Source: a virus (taxonomy: Duplodnaviria > Caudoviricetes). From it: DNA of 64,000 nt. How positions within the stretch are numbered: position 1 is the first letter of the stretch; every line of letters starts with the position of its first letter. The position numbers were made by a program, and so were the translations under genes. Below, piece after piece: positions 46,395-54,890 of this stretch. The notes below the pieces were generated by a model. The model had not been told where the DNA came from and did not search any database. It saw only the letters and a program-made list of their open reading frames with translations. The stretch is from the IMG/VR virus record IMGVR_UViG_3300037067_012588; one strand, given 5' to 3'.

Positions 46395-47930
46395 TCATTC
46401 TCCGACATTGATTTCAGGAAAAGCAATACAACGACGGCATCCATCACACTCACGCACCGAACAGAGCAACTTCTGACGCCACGACTCAACACGAGGATGA
46501 TGCCAGACATTGTCGAAAGGCTCATCATCGAGAACCGAAATCCCCTGACCGTCCATCCACTCGCCATCGCCTTCGCAGAAGCTGCAAGGGTAAAACTCAC
46601 CCTTCTGGTTGATGTACGAACTGAACAACGTCGACTCGCAACTCTCAACCACATTCAGGAGCGCTTGCTTTTGCTCATCGGAAATCTGCATCTTCTTCAC
46701 AACATCGGCAAACTTCGGAGCAGAACAAGAATCGAATCCGATACGAACACCCATGTTCATACAGCCGACAGCAAGTGTTGCAAACTTCTCGAACGACAAA
46801 GGGGTGAAGCTTCCCTTTGCCCGACCCTTCGGTTTGACTCCGAGGAAAACGATGCAATTCATCTTGGCAAGGCGAGGGTCACGAATCTTGTCCATGACGA
46901 TTTCCTTGACGAAATCATACGTCTGTTCACTGACCATAGCATGAATATTCACTTGTTTCATGCCCCTGTCCGTCAGCATCTTGATGGTATTGTATCCGAC
47001 ATTCTTGTCGGTCTGATAAACCGATACGGCAACAGCCCCACAGGTCGCCGCAATCTTATCGGCGATTTCCTCGGTGATGTCGATACCAGAAAGCGTGAAG
47101 TTCGGAACAACACCTTTCTCCCGGCTGTATTCCATCATACGGAAGAAGTCAGGATTCGTCTGAACACCCGTAATGCCGAACGCAATCTGCGTCAGTGTCT
47201 TGGGCATCTTGTCGAGAATCTTCTTGAACGTATCAAACGTCATGTTTTCTGCAGGGGTGTTGGAGTTGCCCTTGTAGCAATTATGAACGAGAAGTCCATT
47301 CGCAAAAAAAACATGGTCTGGGCTACAACCAATGTCGTAAACAGTTCCCTTGAATGGTGTCTTAACAATGTTCTTGATCTTCACCTTTGTGTCTCCTATA
47401 AGAACAACATCGTCATTGGGAGACAAATCACCAGCCCGAACTTCCTTGCCAGTGGCAAGCATAACCATGTGGTCTTCTGTCATTTCAACAATACGACCAC
47501 CTTCCAACTCAACAACAACCATAAGTCCGTCATATTCTCGACTGTGAAGCTGCTCAACCGTTTCTTCACGGACAGAACTGGTTGCAAAATTGAATCCAAA
47601 AACCTTGTCTCCCGCTCGGAGGTCTTCAATGTTCACCAGTCCAGACGGGGTATTCACAGGAACCCCTGCTGGCAAACAGAAGCGACAGTTGTTCGGACAA
47701 CCATTCACACTAATTTCGAGATCAAGAATCTCAGGACCAACAGGAAGCCACGAAGGGTCTTCGTCTTCTGTCTTTCCCCATCGGGAAAACTCCCCCGTCA
47801 GCTTGTCGAAGCGGGAGTGAAACGAACCATCGGTCGCATCGACAGTTTTGCTTGTTGCTGTATCCTGAATGACATACAGATGCCCATGCGTCTCATACAT
47901 GTATTCACGATTCACAAATTCATGATTCAT
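46395..47930 (-). CDS. Radical SAM/SPASM-like protein containing a mini-intein
   Basis: Spliced motif CPNNCRF/CY; C-terminal CES...YPCSFC...CDGCRRC. Confidence 0.9.
   Translation of the reverse strand: MNHEFVNREYMYETHGHLYVIQDTATSKTVDATDGSFHSRFDKLTGEFSRWGKTEDEDPSWLPVGPEILDLEISVNGCPNNCRFCLPAGVPVNTPSGLVNIEDLRAGDKVFGFNFATSSVREETVEQLHSREYDGLMVVVELEGGRIVEMTEDHMVMLATGKEVRAGDLSPNDDVVLIGDTKVKIKNIVKTPFKGTVYDIGCSPDHVFFANGLLVHNCYKGNSNTPAENMTFDTFKKILDKMPKTLTQIAFGITGVQTNPDFFRMMEYSREKGVVPNFTLSGIDITEEIADKIAATCGAVAVSVYQTDKNVGYNTIKMLTDRGMKQVNIHAMVSEQTYDFVKEIVMDKIRDPRLAKMNCIVFLGVKPKGRAKGSFTPLSFEKFATLAVGCMNMGVRIGFDSCSAPKFADVVKKMQISDEQKQALLNVVESCESTLFSSYINQKGEFYPCSFCEGDGEWMDGQGISVLDDEPFDNVWHHPRVESWRQKLLCSVRECDGCRRCIAFPEINVGE
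47280..47678 (-). mobile_element. Mini-intein (133 aa, Hint domain, no homing endonuclease)
   Basis: Block A CLPAGVPV, IEDLRAGDKV, block B TEDH, block F VYDIG, block G LLVHN followed by Cys+1. Confidence 0.92.
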
Positions 47931-47935
47931 GTTTT

Positions 47936-48298
47936 CTATTCCTTTTCGATATGTTTGCCTTCAGACCACGCCTTGAAAAGATTGAGAAAATCGCCACGAC
48001 AGCTTTTGCAACAACGAACGTTGAACAAGCTCTTTTCCAGCAATCGCACGGCGGGAATCGGAACCTGTTTACAGTCGATGGTCGTCAGGCTTCCTTTGAC
48101 ATCGCTGACAAATAAGCTATCAACCGTTCCAGCAGGATAGCGTTTCGTTCTTGCGAGATACTTTATATCTTCGGGAACTTCTGTCAACACAGTTTCAACA
48201 ACGGCGCTCGGAACAAGCTCCCTTATCTCGTAAAGACACTCAACACCAACGTGTCGCATGTCTTCGCATTCTCCACCACAAATCGGACATTTTTCCAT
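47936..48298 (-). CDS. Zinc-binding hypothetical protein
   Basis: CPIC...CKSCRGDFL. Confidence 0.7.
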   Translation of the reverse strand: MEKCPICGGECEDMRHVGVECLYEIRELVPSAVVETVLTEVPEDIKYLARTKRYPAGTVDSLFVSDVKGSLTTIDCKQVPIPAVRLLEKSLFNVRCCKSCRGDFLNLFKAWSEGKHIEKE

Positions 48299-48341
48299 GT
48301 GGGTATCCCTTAAACAACGACCTCTCGAAAATCACTTTCAA

Positions 48342-48378
48342 AAGGTCATCGTCTTCATCTCAAGAAATTTGGAGAAAA
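48342..48378 (-). promoter_or_regulatory. Repeated GACGATG promoter-like motif (variant), upstream of the radical SAM operon
   Basis: CTCCAAATTTC-N-AAGACGATG; core 48347-48353. Confidence 0.5.
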
Positions 48379-48387
48379 TCTTGAAAA

Positions 48388-48765
48388 TCAACTTCCGCCA
48401 CTCAAAATCTTGAGAGCCTTTTCTCCATCAAGCGCAACGATAGAGCCATCGCCATCACTAACAGAAATAGTTGCAACAACAAAATCTGAAAGAACATCTT
48501 GAATGAGGGCAAAGAAATCACCATGCCCGTATTCAGGAAGCTCATACGAACAAAAACCACAACCATCCACGATTGACTTTTTAATGACTTGGTTCATTTT
48601 CTTTGCGACAAAATCAACTCCGCCGATTTCTTTGACGTATTTCTTCTTCCAGTCATCGTTGTCAAATCCAGACAACATTTCCTTTGTTACCTTGAAATCC
48701 TTCCTTAAGGCGACAACGAAAGATGTTGAGCTGGAATTCGAAACAAACCCATCACGATACTTCAT
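48388..48765 (-). CDS. GFVSNSS-motif protein 10
   Basis: MKYRDGFVSNSSSTSFVV; RBS GGGAGG. Confidence 0.85.
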   Translation of the reverse strand: MKYRDGFVSNSSSTSFVVALRKDFKVTKEMLSGFDNDDWKKKYVKEIGGVDFVAKKMNQVIKKSIVDGCGFCSYELPEYGHGDFFALIQDVLSDFVVATISVSDGDGSIVALDGEKALKILSGGS

Positions 48766-50227
48766 TTTCAACCTCCCTTGCTGCCTGTTGCTCAATGCTC
48801 TGAATAATACGAGAAGCACCGTATCCTTGACTTACACGGACAAACTTGCACCTCAACCCATCACACGCTGTACTGAGAACGTTCTCAACGTTATGTCCAC
48901 ACAGACTCGTTATCTCGACAATGATATCAACCGTTCCATTTTTTGCTCGCTCTGCGAGTGAATTCAGATTCCCAGCAGCGTTTCGCCAACTTGAGACCCA
49001 CTCCAAAGAATCAACTCCAAAAAGCTTTTCCATTTTGAATCGACGGTCTTCCCGTGAAACACCTCCAACAAGAACGACCTTCTTTCCCTTGAGGTATTCC
49101 ATGCCCTTTGGAAACTGCTTAGTCAGATACTCAATCGTCAAGCCACCGCCGAGCTTCGTGAGGTTCCTGCGCAAGGCACGGAATACTTCTCCGACAAACA
49201 ACTCTTCACAACCATCAAGAATATCAAGAAGAGTCTCGTCGTCAGGACTGACATCCTTGAGGATTGTTTCAGTAAGCGAAAGAATCTTTTCAACATTCTC
49301 TTCTGAACGAGAAGTCTGAACAAGATCACGAAGAGCCTCCATCAATGATGCACAGTTTTCCCTCGCAACTATACGCCTCTCCTTTTCCTCATCGGCACGT
49401 TTCTTGCGTTCTTCTTCCATTCGCTCCCTATCAACACGGGTATGCAAAGCCTCAGCAAATGCTTCAGTTGCGTCCTTGACGTACTGACCCCAATCACAAA
49501 CATGGGAACGATTCATCGCCTCAATGAATCCAGGACGATACATTCCACTCATTTCACCGAGAGCTCCAAATATCTGCTTGACACGGCTCTTGTCATCTAA
49601 CGATAGTTCTCGGTTGTCCTGAATCTCACGAACACGTCCAGCAAGAATCTTTATCATGTTGAGTCGTTCAGAGTTCGACATATCTGTAATATCAACCATG
49701 AGTTGTTTTGTCTCTTCGCCGATTTCCTTCAACAACTGAGTTGTTCGGATTGGCATACCAGATTCGTAACCCTGAATATCAACATTGAGGTCATCGGCGT
49801 CTTTCCTGACTTGCTCAAGATACTGCATAGCGGATTCAAATTCTTTCTTGGAATTCTCAAGATCATCTGATGCTTTTCGACAAACCAGAGAAGCCTCTTC
49901 ATAAGACGTATTGAATTCTTTTTCTGCCATCGAAATCTTCATTTCCGCATCTTCAACTTCATTTCGTTGAAGATGCAATAATCCTTTGAGTTTTTCTCGC
50001 AAACATCTTAATTTTTCACCCATCTGTACTTTTGCTTCTTCTGGGTCGCCGTATTTCTCGTGTGCCAAGCGCATCTCTTCAACAGCTTTTTCCAATTTCG
50101 TTTTTGCATTCCCGAACGATTTCATAGCAATTTCCATAAGGTCTGCTATTAGCTGCTGACGGCTTTTTTCTTCGAGCGAATCGACTAACGATTCCAACTC
50201 AGACAATGAGCCTAACAAGATACCCAT
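48752..50227 (-). CDS. Coiled-coil protein with C-terminal DUF2325-like domain
   Basis: Long heptads; KKVVLVGG...DIIVEITSLCGHN. Confidence 0.7.
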   Translation of the reverse strand: MGILLGSLSELESLVDSLEEKSRQQLIADLMEIAMKSFGNAKTKLEKAVEEMRLAHEKYGDPEEAKVQMGEKLRCLREKLKGLLHLQRNEVEDAEMKISMAEKEFNTSYEEASLVCRKASDDLENSKKEFESAMQYLEQVRKDADDLNVDIQGYESGMPIRTTQLLKEIGEETKQLMVDITDMSNSERLNMIKILAGRVREIQDNRELSLDDKSRVKQIFGALGEMSGMYRPGFIEAMNRSHVCDWGQYVKDATEAFAEALHTRVDRERMEEERKKRADEEKERRIVARENCASLMEALRDLVQTSRSEENVEKILSLTETILKDVSPDDETLLDILDGCEELFVGEVFRALRRNLTKLGGGLTIEYLTKQFPKGMEYLKGKKVVLVGGVSREDRRFKMEKLFGVDSLEWVSSWRNAAGNLNSLAERAKNGTVDIIVEITSLCGHNVENVLSTACDGLRCKFVRVSQGYGASRIIQSIEQQAAREVENEVS

Positions 50228-50317
50228 CTCTCTTTTCCTTTTCAAAAAATAACGCCTTAAATGTGTAGCCTTAAACATCAAACCAACATACCACATGAAG
50301 TCTAAAAAGACAAGAAC

Positions 50318-50602
50318 TCATTCCTCCAAAAAAAAATGCTCAAGCAAATACCTACACTTCTTCGGAATGGAGCTCTTTCCAGTCACATACGGAAATCTCC
50401 TCCTGTATTTATCCCATCGATGAACAGCTTTGTTCCTATTCCATATTGGACAAGAGACTAACTCAAATCCAAGAATAGACCATGATTTACTTACAGAGTC
50501 ATATGTTGGATTTCCAGAGTGAACACACCCAGCGATAGACAAACATTTCTCGCAAATCTTGTCATGCTCAGGATTAGTCTTCACACCGCATCCACCTTTC
50601 AT
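50318..50602 (-). CDS. Small Cys-rich protein (CxxC...PxxC..LEH family)
   Basis: ICEKC...IPKKCRYLLEHFF. Confidence 0.65.
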   Translation of the reverse strand: MKGGCGVKTNPEHDKICEKCLSIAGCVHSGNPTYDSVSKSWSILGFELVSCPIWNRNKAVHRWDKYRRRFPYVTGKSSIPKKCRYLLEHFFLEE

Positions 50603-51152
50603 CCAAAATACTAAATATTTCTTCGATGCTTATCGGGAGAAAATTATGAACATCCACTCCAACATCGACCGAGCTATATCTCGGAGAAGGTGACGGACAA
50701 CCATGACAATGTCCGTGAAGATGAACATGAGGACGTGACGGAAGAAGGTCTAAGGCAAGCGGACGATGATTCAGGACGAAAAAGAACCCGTCTATCTCGG
50801 TAATCAGCAAACCGCTCTTGACGCTTTCAAATCCTGCATTTATTACGGTGTTCTTTCTGTCATGATTACCCAAGACCAAATGGATTTTTCCATTCAATCT
50901 ATCCCGTATCTTTTTGAGGTTTTTCCCAAATGAAAAATCACCGAGGTGGTAAACAGTATCCTCAGCACCAACAACACTATTCCACTTGGCAATCAACGCC
51001 TCATTCATCTCAAGAGTTCGAGCATCCTTGATTTCTCTAGAAACCCATTCTCCAGAATCGTCCAAGTCTCCATTACGAATCCACGGACGCCCGCACATCT
51101 TTATGATGTTTCCGTGATAGAAATGAGTATCGCTTGTGAAGAATGTATCCAT
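50574..51152 (-). CDS. Calcineurin-like phosphoesterase
   Basis: FTSDTHFYH, YHLGDF, GNHD, LNHRP, LHGHCH. Confidence 0.9.
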   Translation of the reverse strand: MDTFFTSDTHFYHGNIIKMCGRPWIRNGDLDDSGEWVSREIKDARTLEMNEALIAKWNSVVGAEDTVYHLGDFSFGKNLKKIRDRLNGKIHLVLGNHDRKNTVINAGFESVKSGLLITEIDGFFFVLNHRPLALDLLPSRPHVHLHGHCHGCPSPSPRYSSVDVGVDVHNFLPISIEEIFSILDERWMRCED

Positions 51153-51159
51153 GAGTTCC

Positions 51160-51480
51160 TCAAAACATAGGAATGCCATCTTTTGAGATGGAAACGATAA
51201 TCTCACCGTTTTTCACCGTGACAACAACCTTACCTTCTCGCTCAAGCCACCCAACCGCTCTTGCAGTTTCTATGGCAGGAACCTTCATATCCAAGGCAAT
51301 CTTAAGCAGAGATACTGGTCCTGTTTTACGAACAACCTGATTGACGGCATAGGCTCGTGCTGCCGTTTCGCTTGTGTCTCCCACAACACTCTCCTCCCAG
51401 ATACTCAATCTGGCTTTACAGGCGTGCGCTTTTTGATGCACATTGGGCAAAGGATTTTTCCACCCTTGTTCATCTGCCAA
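51160..51480 (-). CDS. Winged-helix protein
   Basis: ARAVGWLEREGKV. Confidence 0.55.
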   Translation of the reverse strand: MADEQGWKNPLPNVHQKAHACKARLSIWEESVVGDTSETAARAYAVNQVVRKTGPVSLLKIALDMKVPAIETARAVGWLEREGKVVVTVKNGEIIVSISKDGIPMF

Positions 51481-51612
51481 CCACGCTTCATCATCTCAGA
51501 GGTCACTTGCGAACGACCATCCAAAACTCCGATGCTCTCAGTCTCTCCACACCCAATCCCATCACAAGTCAGTTTGTAAAACGCAACAACAGCCACAGCT
51601 TTCTCCCTTCTT

Positions 51613-52482
51613 TTATTTTTTGTGCCGTTCACAAAACGGACACCATTCAGGAATCGGGTCACTCGTCTTGTGCGACCCAAAAATAGCTCCAAACAGATTC
51701 CTCAAAGAGATTGCAGCCTTTGAGGGCATCCCCTTGTGCTTGTTAACGTTGAAATAATCGACAGGACAAGAAATAAGTCCAAAATCCCACGAACGTTCCT
51801 CCTCGTATTCACTCCAAGAACGTTCGTTTATGTGGTAACATCTCTGGCAAGTCTCCTTGTCATGAGTAATAGGCGCATTGAAGATTCCATTCAGATCATC
51901 ATAGACTTCAACAACTTTTTTGCGGAGAATTTCTTCATTCCCAATATTGTCTATGACATAGGAACTTCTATTACGACGCTCCATCTCTGGAACACGGAAC
52001 GAATCACGCTTGAAGACCTCGCCGTATAACCACCCACGATTTTCAACACAACGCCGTTCACGCAACTCTATCGGTGCCTCGACCGTCAGAACGGCATAGA
52101 TCATCTCATTGAAAATTCCAGATTCGAAGAGAGTCGGAGCCTCGACCACAATCAATGACTTGTCTTTCTTTTGCATCTGGGTAAGTTCGAGATTCAGAAG
52201 CCTGTGAATCATAGGCTCAACAATGACAAGAAGCCTTCGCAGGGAATCCTTTGAGGCAAAGGCAACACTTGCAAGTTTCGAACGGTTAATGATTCTATCT
52301 TCTGTCAGAACATCATTCCCGAATGATGCCGCAACTGCTCTGGCAATATCTGGGATGCGAAGGACTGCGTGCGCAATCTTGTCCGCATCGATAACTCGTG
52401 CGCCAAGTTCAGAGAAAATCTTCGACACCTGACTCTTCCCAGAGCCAGCAGGTCCTGTTACAGCAAGAATTATCGGTTTCAC
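51613..52482 (-). CDS. coaE: Dephospho-CoA kinase with C-terminal Cys-rich extension
   Basis: VTGPAGSGKS, IDADKIAH, INRSKLA, VEAPTLFE, YVIDN; GTG start after AAGGAG. Confidence 0.88.
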   Translation of the reverse strand: MKPIILAVTGPAGSGKSQVSKIFSELGARVIDADKIAHAVLRIPDIARAVAASFGNDVLTEDRIINRSKLASVAFASKDSLRRLLVIVEPMIHRLLNLELTQMQKKDKSLIVVEAPTLFESGIFNEMIYAVLTVEAPIELRERRCVENRGWLYGEVFKRDSFRVPEMERRNRSSYVIDNIGNEEILRKKVVEVYDDLNGIFNAPITHDKETCQRCYHINERSWSEYEEERSWDFGLISCPVDYFNVNKHKGMPSKAAISLRNLFGAIFGSHKTSDPIPEWCPFCERHKK

Positions 52483-52483
52483 A

Positions 52484-52951
52484 TCAATCTCCTTGGGAAA
52501 GCCTATCCTTGATTTTGCTTTCAACTTTATAATCATAGGACTCTGCCATGAAATCCAAAACCTTGTCAGGAACGCCATGAATGTTTCTTCCGCTGAGATA
52601 GTGAACGTTCCACTTACCGTCAATGAAAAGGTGGGGAGTCCAACTCGGAACAACCACCTCAATCTCATAACCAAACTGCTTGGCGATGTCAACGTAAACC
52701 TTCACCTCACTCCATGTAACGTTCGTATTATCAACGACAACATTCTTGCCAGTCTGGCAAGAAATGCGAACGTGCTGTTGACAGCGTGAATGGGCAAGAT
52801 GGAGCTGATCCGCCTTGAAAGCGTACCGCCCCCTCCGAACAAACCAGTCATCGGAACTGTGGATATCTGCCCCATGACTCTCCGCAACCTGTTTGGCAAG
52901 GGTAGATTTTCCGCTTCCAGGAAGACCTCGCATAATGAACATTTTAGGCAT
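52484..52951 (-). CDS. P-loop kinase (AAA_33 / N4BP2- or PNK-like)
   Basis: MRGLPGSGKST, SSDDWF, VVVDNTN, RNIHGVP. Confidence 0.85.
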   Translation of the reverse strand: MPKMFIMRGLPGSGKSTLAKQVAESHGADIHSSDDWFVRRGRYAFKADQLHLAHSRCQQHVRISCQTGKNVVVDNTNVTWSEVKVYVDIAKQFGYEIEVVVPSWTPHLFIDGKWNVHYLSGRNIHGVPDKVLDFMAESYDYKVESKIKDRLSQGD

Positions 52952-52967
52952 AGAGCCTCCTTTCACA

Positions 52968-53005
52968 AATATCATCGTCTAGTGGATAAAAAAAATCATA
53001 GAAAA
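52968..53005 (-). promoter_or_regulatory. Repeated GACGATG promoter-like motif (variant)
   Basis: Core 52973-52979. Confidence 0.45.
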
Positions 53006-53058
53006 ACTCAAGATTCTCCATCCGCTTTGCCGATAAAACAGACAAAAGGAGGAATACC

Positions 53059-53292
53059 ATGAGTCTTATTGAGATTTTGAAGGAAATGGGCGTTGCTAAG
53101 AAAAATCAGCAACTTATTGAAAAACTCGTTGCGTATCATAGAGATGAATTTCGGAACACGTTCGGAACGCCACTTTGCGAACGTCATCGCCGTGAATACG
53201 AATACTGGAGCAACCAACTCGGGAATATCAACAGGCATATTGAACAACAACATCGATTCCTCAAACAGTTTTACGGTGTTGGTTCAAAGTGA
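53059..53292 (+). CDS. Hypothetical protein, the only credible plus-strand gene
   Basis: Strong RBS AAAGGAGGA 5-6 nt before the ATG; fills a gap between minus-strand genes. Confidence 0.7.
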   Translation: MSLIEILKEMGVAKKNQQLIEKLVAYHRDEFRNTFGTPLCERHRREYEYWSNQLGNINRHIEQQHRFLKQFYGVGSK

Positions 53293-53627
53293 ACAACAAT
53301 GACCGTCTTCTTAAGAGCTCTTGCTTTAGCTATTGTATCCGCTGTTCCGTTTGACTTGCCATCCCAAAAAGCAAGAACAACATCCGCAGCTTCAGCAATA
53401 AGTGTGTTCCTGTCAAACCCAGCCTGTTTACCTTTCTCCCATTCAGGGAGAAATACCTTGGCATAAATTCCGTTGTCCCTAGCATACATCAACCCGAGAG
53501 AATCTGCACCCACAGCGCCACCAGAGATTATTTCTCTGATTGGAAACTCATCACGCAACGCATCCAGCTTTGAACAAAGCAAGGCTTCATCACGAAAAGA
53601 CCTTGAACCAACAATTGCCAATTTCAT
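53271..53627 (-). CDS. SLOG-family (DUF2493/YspA-like) protein
   Basis: AIVGSRSF, IISGGAVGAD, AGFDRN, AFWDGKSNGT. Confidence 0.85.
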   Translation of the reverse strand: MKLAIVGSRSFRDEALLCSKLDALRDEFPIREIISGGAVGADSLGLMYARDNGIYAKVFLPEWEKGKQAGFDRNTLIAEAADVVLAFWDGKSNGTADTIAKARALKKTVIVVHFEPTP

Positions 53628-53642
53628 GATATGCCTCCTTTT

Positions 53643-53861
53643 TCAAAGGCAAAAACACCGAATTTCGTTTTGTACGGTTTGTATTTCACGGTTGATGTTA
53701 TGAAGGCTAATCATAAACCGTGAAGATTCAGACTTTCCACAAAGGCGCTCAACTTCTTCTCGCAAAAGCGCATTTGCTTTTTGTTGGGCATATGTTAGTT
53801 CCAGCAGGGCTTTAGCCTGCTCAACGGTAAGACTCTTTTTCATCAGGGTAAACCTTTCCAA
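53643..53861 (-). CDS. Small coiled-coil protein
   Basis: ORF. Confidence 0.5.
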   Translation of the reverse strand: MERFTLMKKSLTVEQAKALLELTYAQQKANALLREEVERLCGKSESSRFMISLHNINREIQTVQNEIRCFCL

Positions 53862-53912
53862 TAACAGACCCCGAAGATTATACGACAGCCATCATCAAAT
53901 GTAAATGGATAT

Positions 53913-54890
53913 TCATCGTTCGACGACATATTTCTTTTCGACTTGGACACCAACATCTGGTCCACGCCAGTGCGGAGAACACCAAATAATCCTCCCAGCA
54001 AGCTTTCCCTTTGTGAAATGCTTGAAATGACCAACAACACGAAAACGAACGGTCATCTTCCGACCACAAGGTTCGGATTCATCATAAACAACCCTTGTCT
54101 TGGTCATCTTCACAATGTTTGCAACACGAAATCCCGACCTAACAACTTCAGGAGACTTCTTAGAAGGCTTTTCTCGGACAACACGCTCAACAATACTCGA
54201 AGGAGAAGTAATGAAAAAAACCAGCTTCAATATTTGAAGCAACGACTTACTTACAGTCTTTTTATCAAAATCATCCTTTGGACACATTCCATGTATGTCC
54301 TCTTCCGAAAAAACATAATCATCCTTCGGATGAATAAACGCCCAATTTGACTTCATTGTCTGACTATTGTAACATACAACAATCCATGTTAGTTCGTTAT
54401 CAAAGGTTTTTTCCTCAAGAAGCGATCTTGGATCATTTAGTTCATACTTCGATATTCCATACTCAACAGACCTAAAACACGCAACATCCCATGTATCGCC
54501 AGACCCATCTGGGAACTCAGTTAACTCTGGAATCTCTATGATGATTTCAGGAAAAGGAAGCCTGACAGCATTAAACGGAACCGAGCGTATATCGGAATCA
54601 AGAATATCTTTCACCAACTCCTTGTCTTCGAAAATAAACGGAACAGTGACACCTTCGACAATAGATGCAGCAGTGGTCATCAAAATCGGACTATCATCGG
54701 GAAGCTTTCCTTGCTTTCTCAAAACCAATTCAGCAGCCTTCCAAACAATAATCGGGGAAGCTGAATCGAAACTAACATCTAAAACTGAAGCATCAAGCAC
54801 ATTACTCTTTTTGACATAATCACGAAAGCCTTCAACAAGTTTCCTGAAGGCATTTCGGATTCTGTCAATCTTGTGTATTTTTGTCTTCAT
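53913..54890 (-). CDS. Conserved phage hypothetical protein
   Basis: C-terminal VVGHFKH...WCSPHWRG motif. Confidence 0.7.
   Translation of the reverse strand: MKTKIHKIDRIRNAFRKLVEGFRDYVKKSNVLDASVLDVSFDSASPIIVWKAAELVLRKQGKLPDDSPILMTTAASIVEGVTVPFIFEDKELVKDILDSDIRSVPFNAVRLPFPEIIIEIPELTEFPDGSGDTWDVACFRSVEYGISKYELNDPRSLLEEKTFDNELTWIVVCYNSQTMKSNWAFIHPKDDYVFSEEDIHGMCPKDDFDKKTVSKSLLQILKLVFFITSPSSIVERVVREKPSKKSPEVVRSGFRVANIVKMTKTRVVYDESEPCGRKMTVRFRVVGHFKHFTKGKLAGRIIWCSPHWRGPDVGVQVEKKYVVER

Noticed and set aside
46365-48140. 591-aa plus-strand ORF
   Set aside because: Antisense to the radical SAM/intein gene; composition typical of a shadow frame
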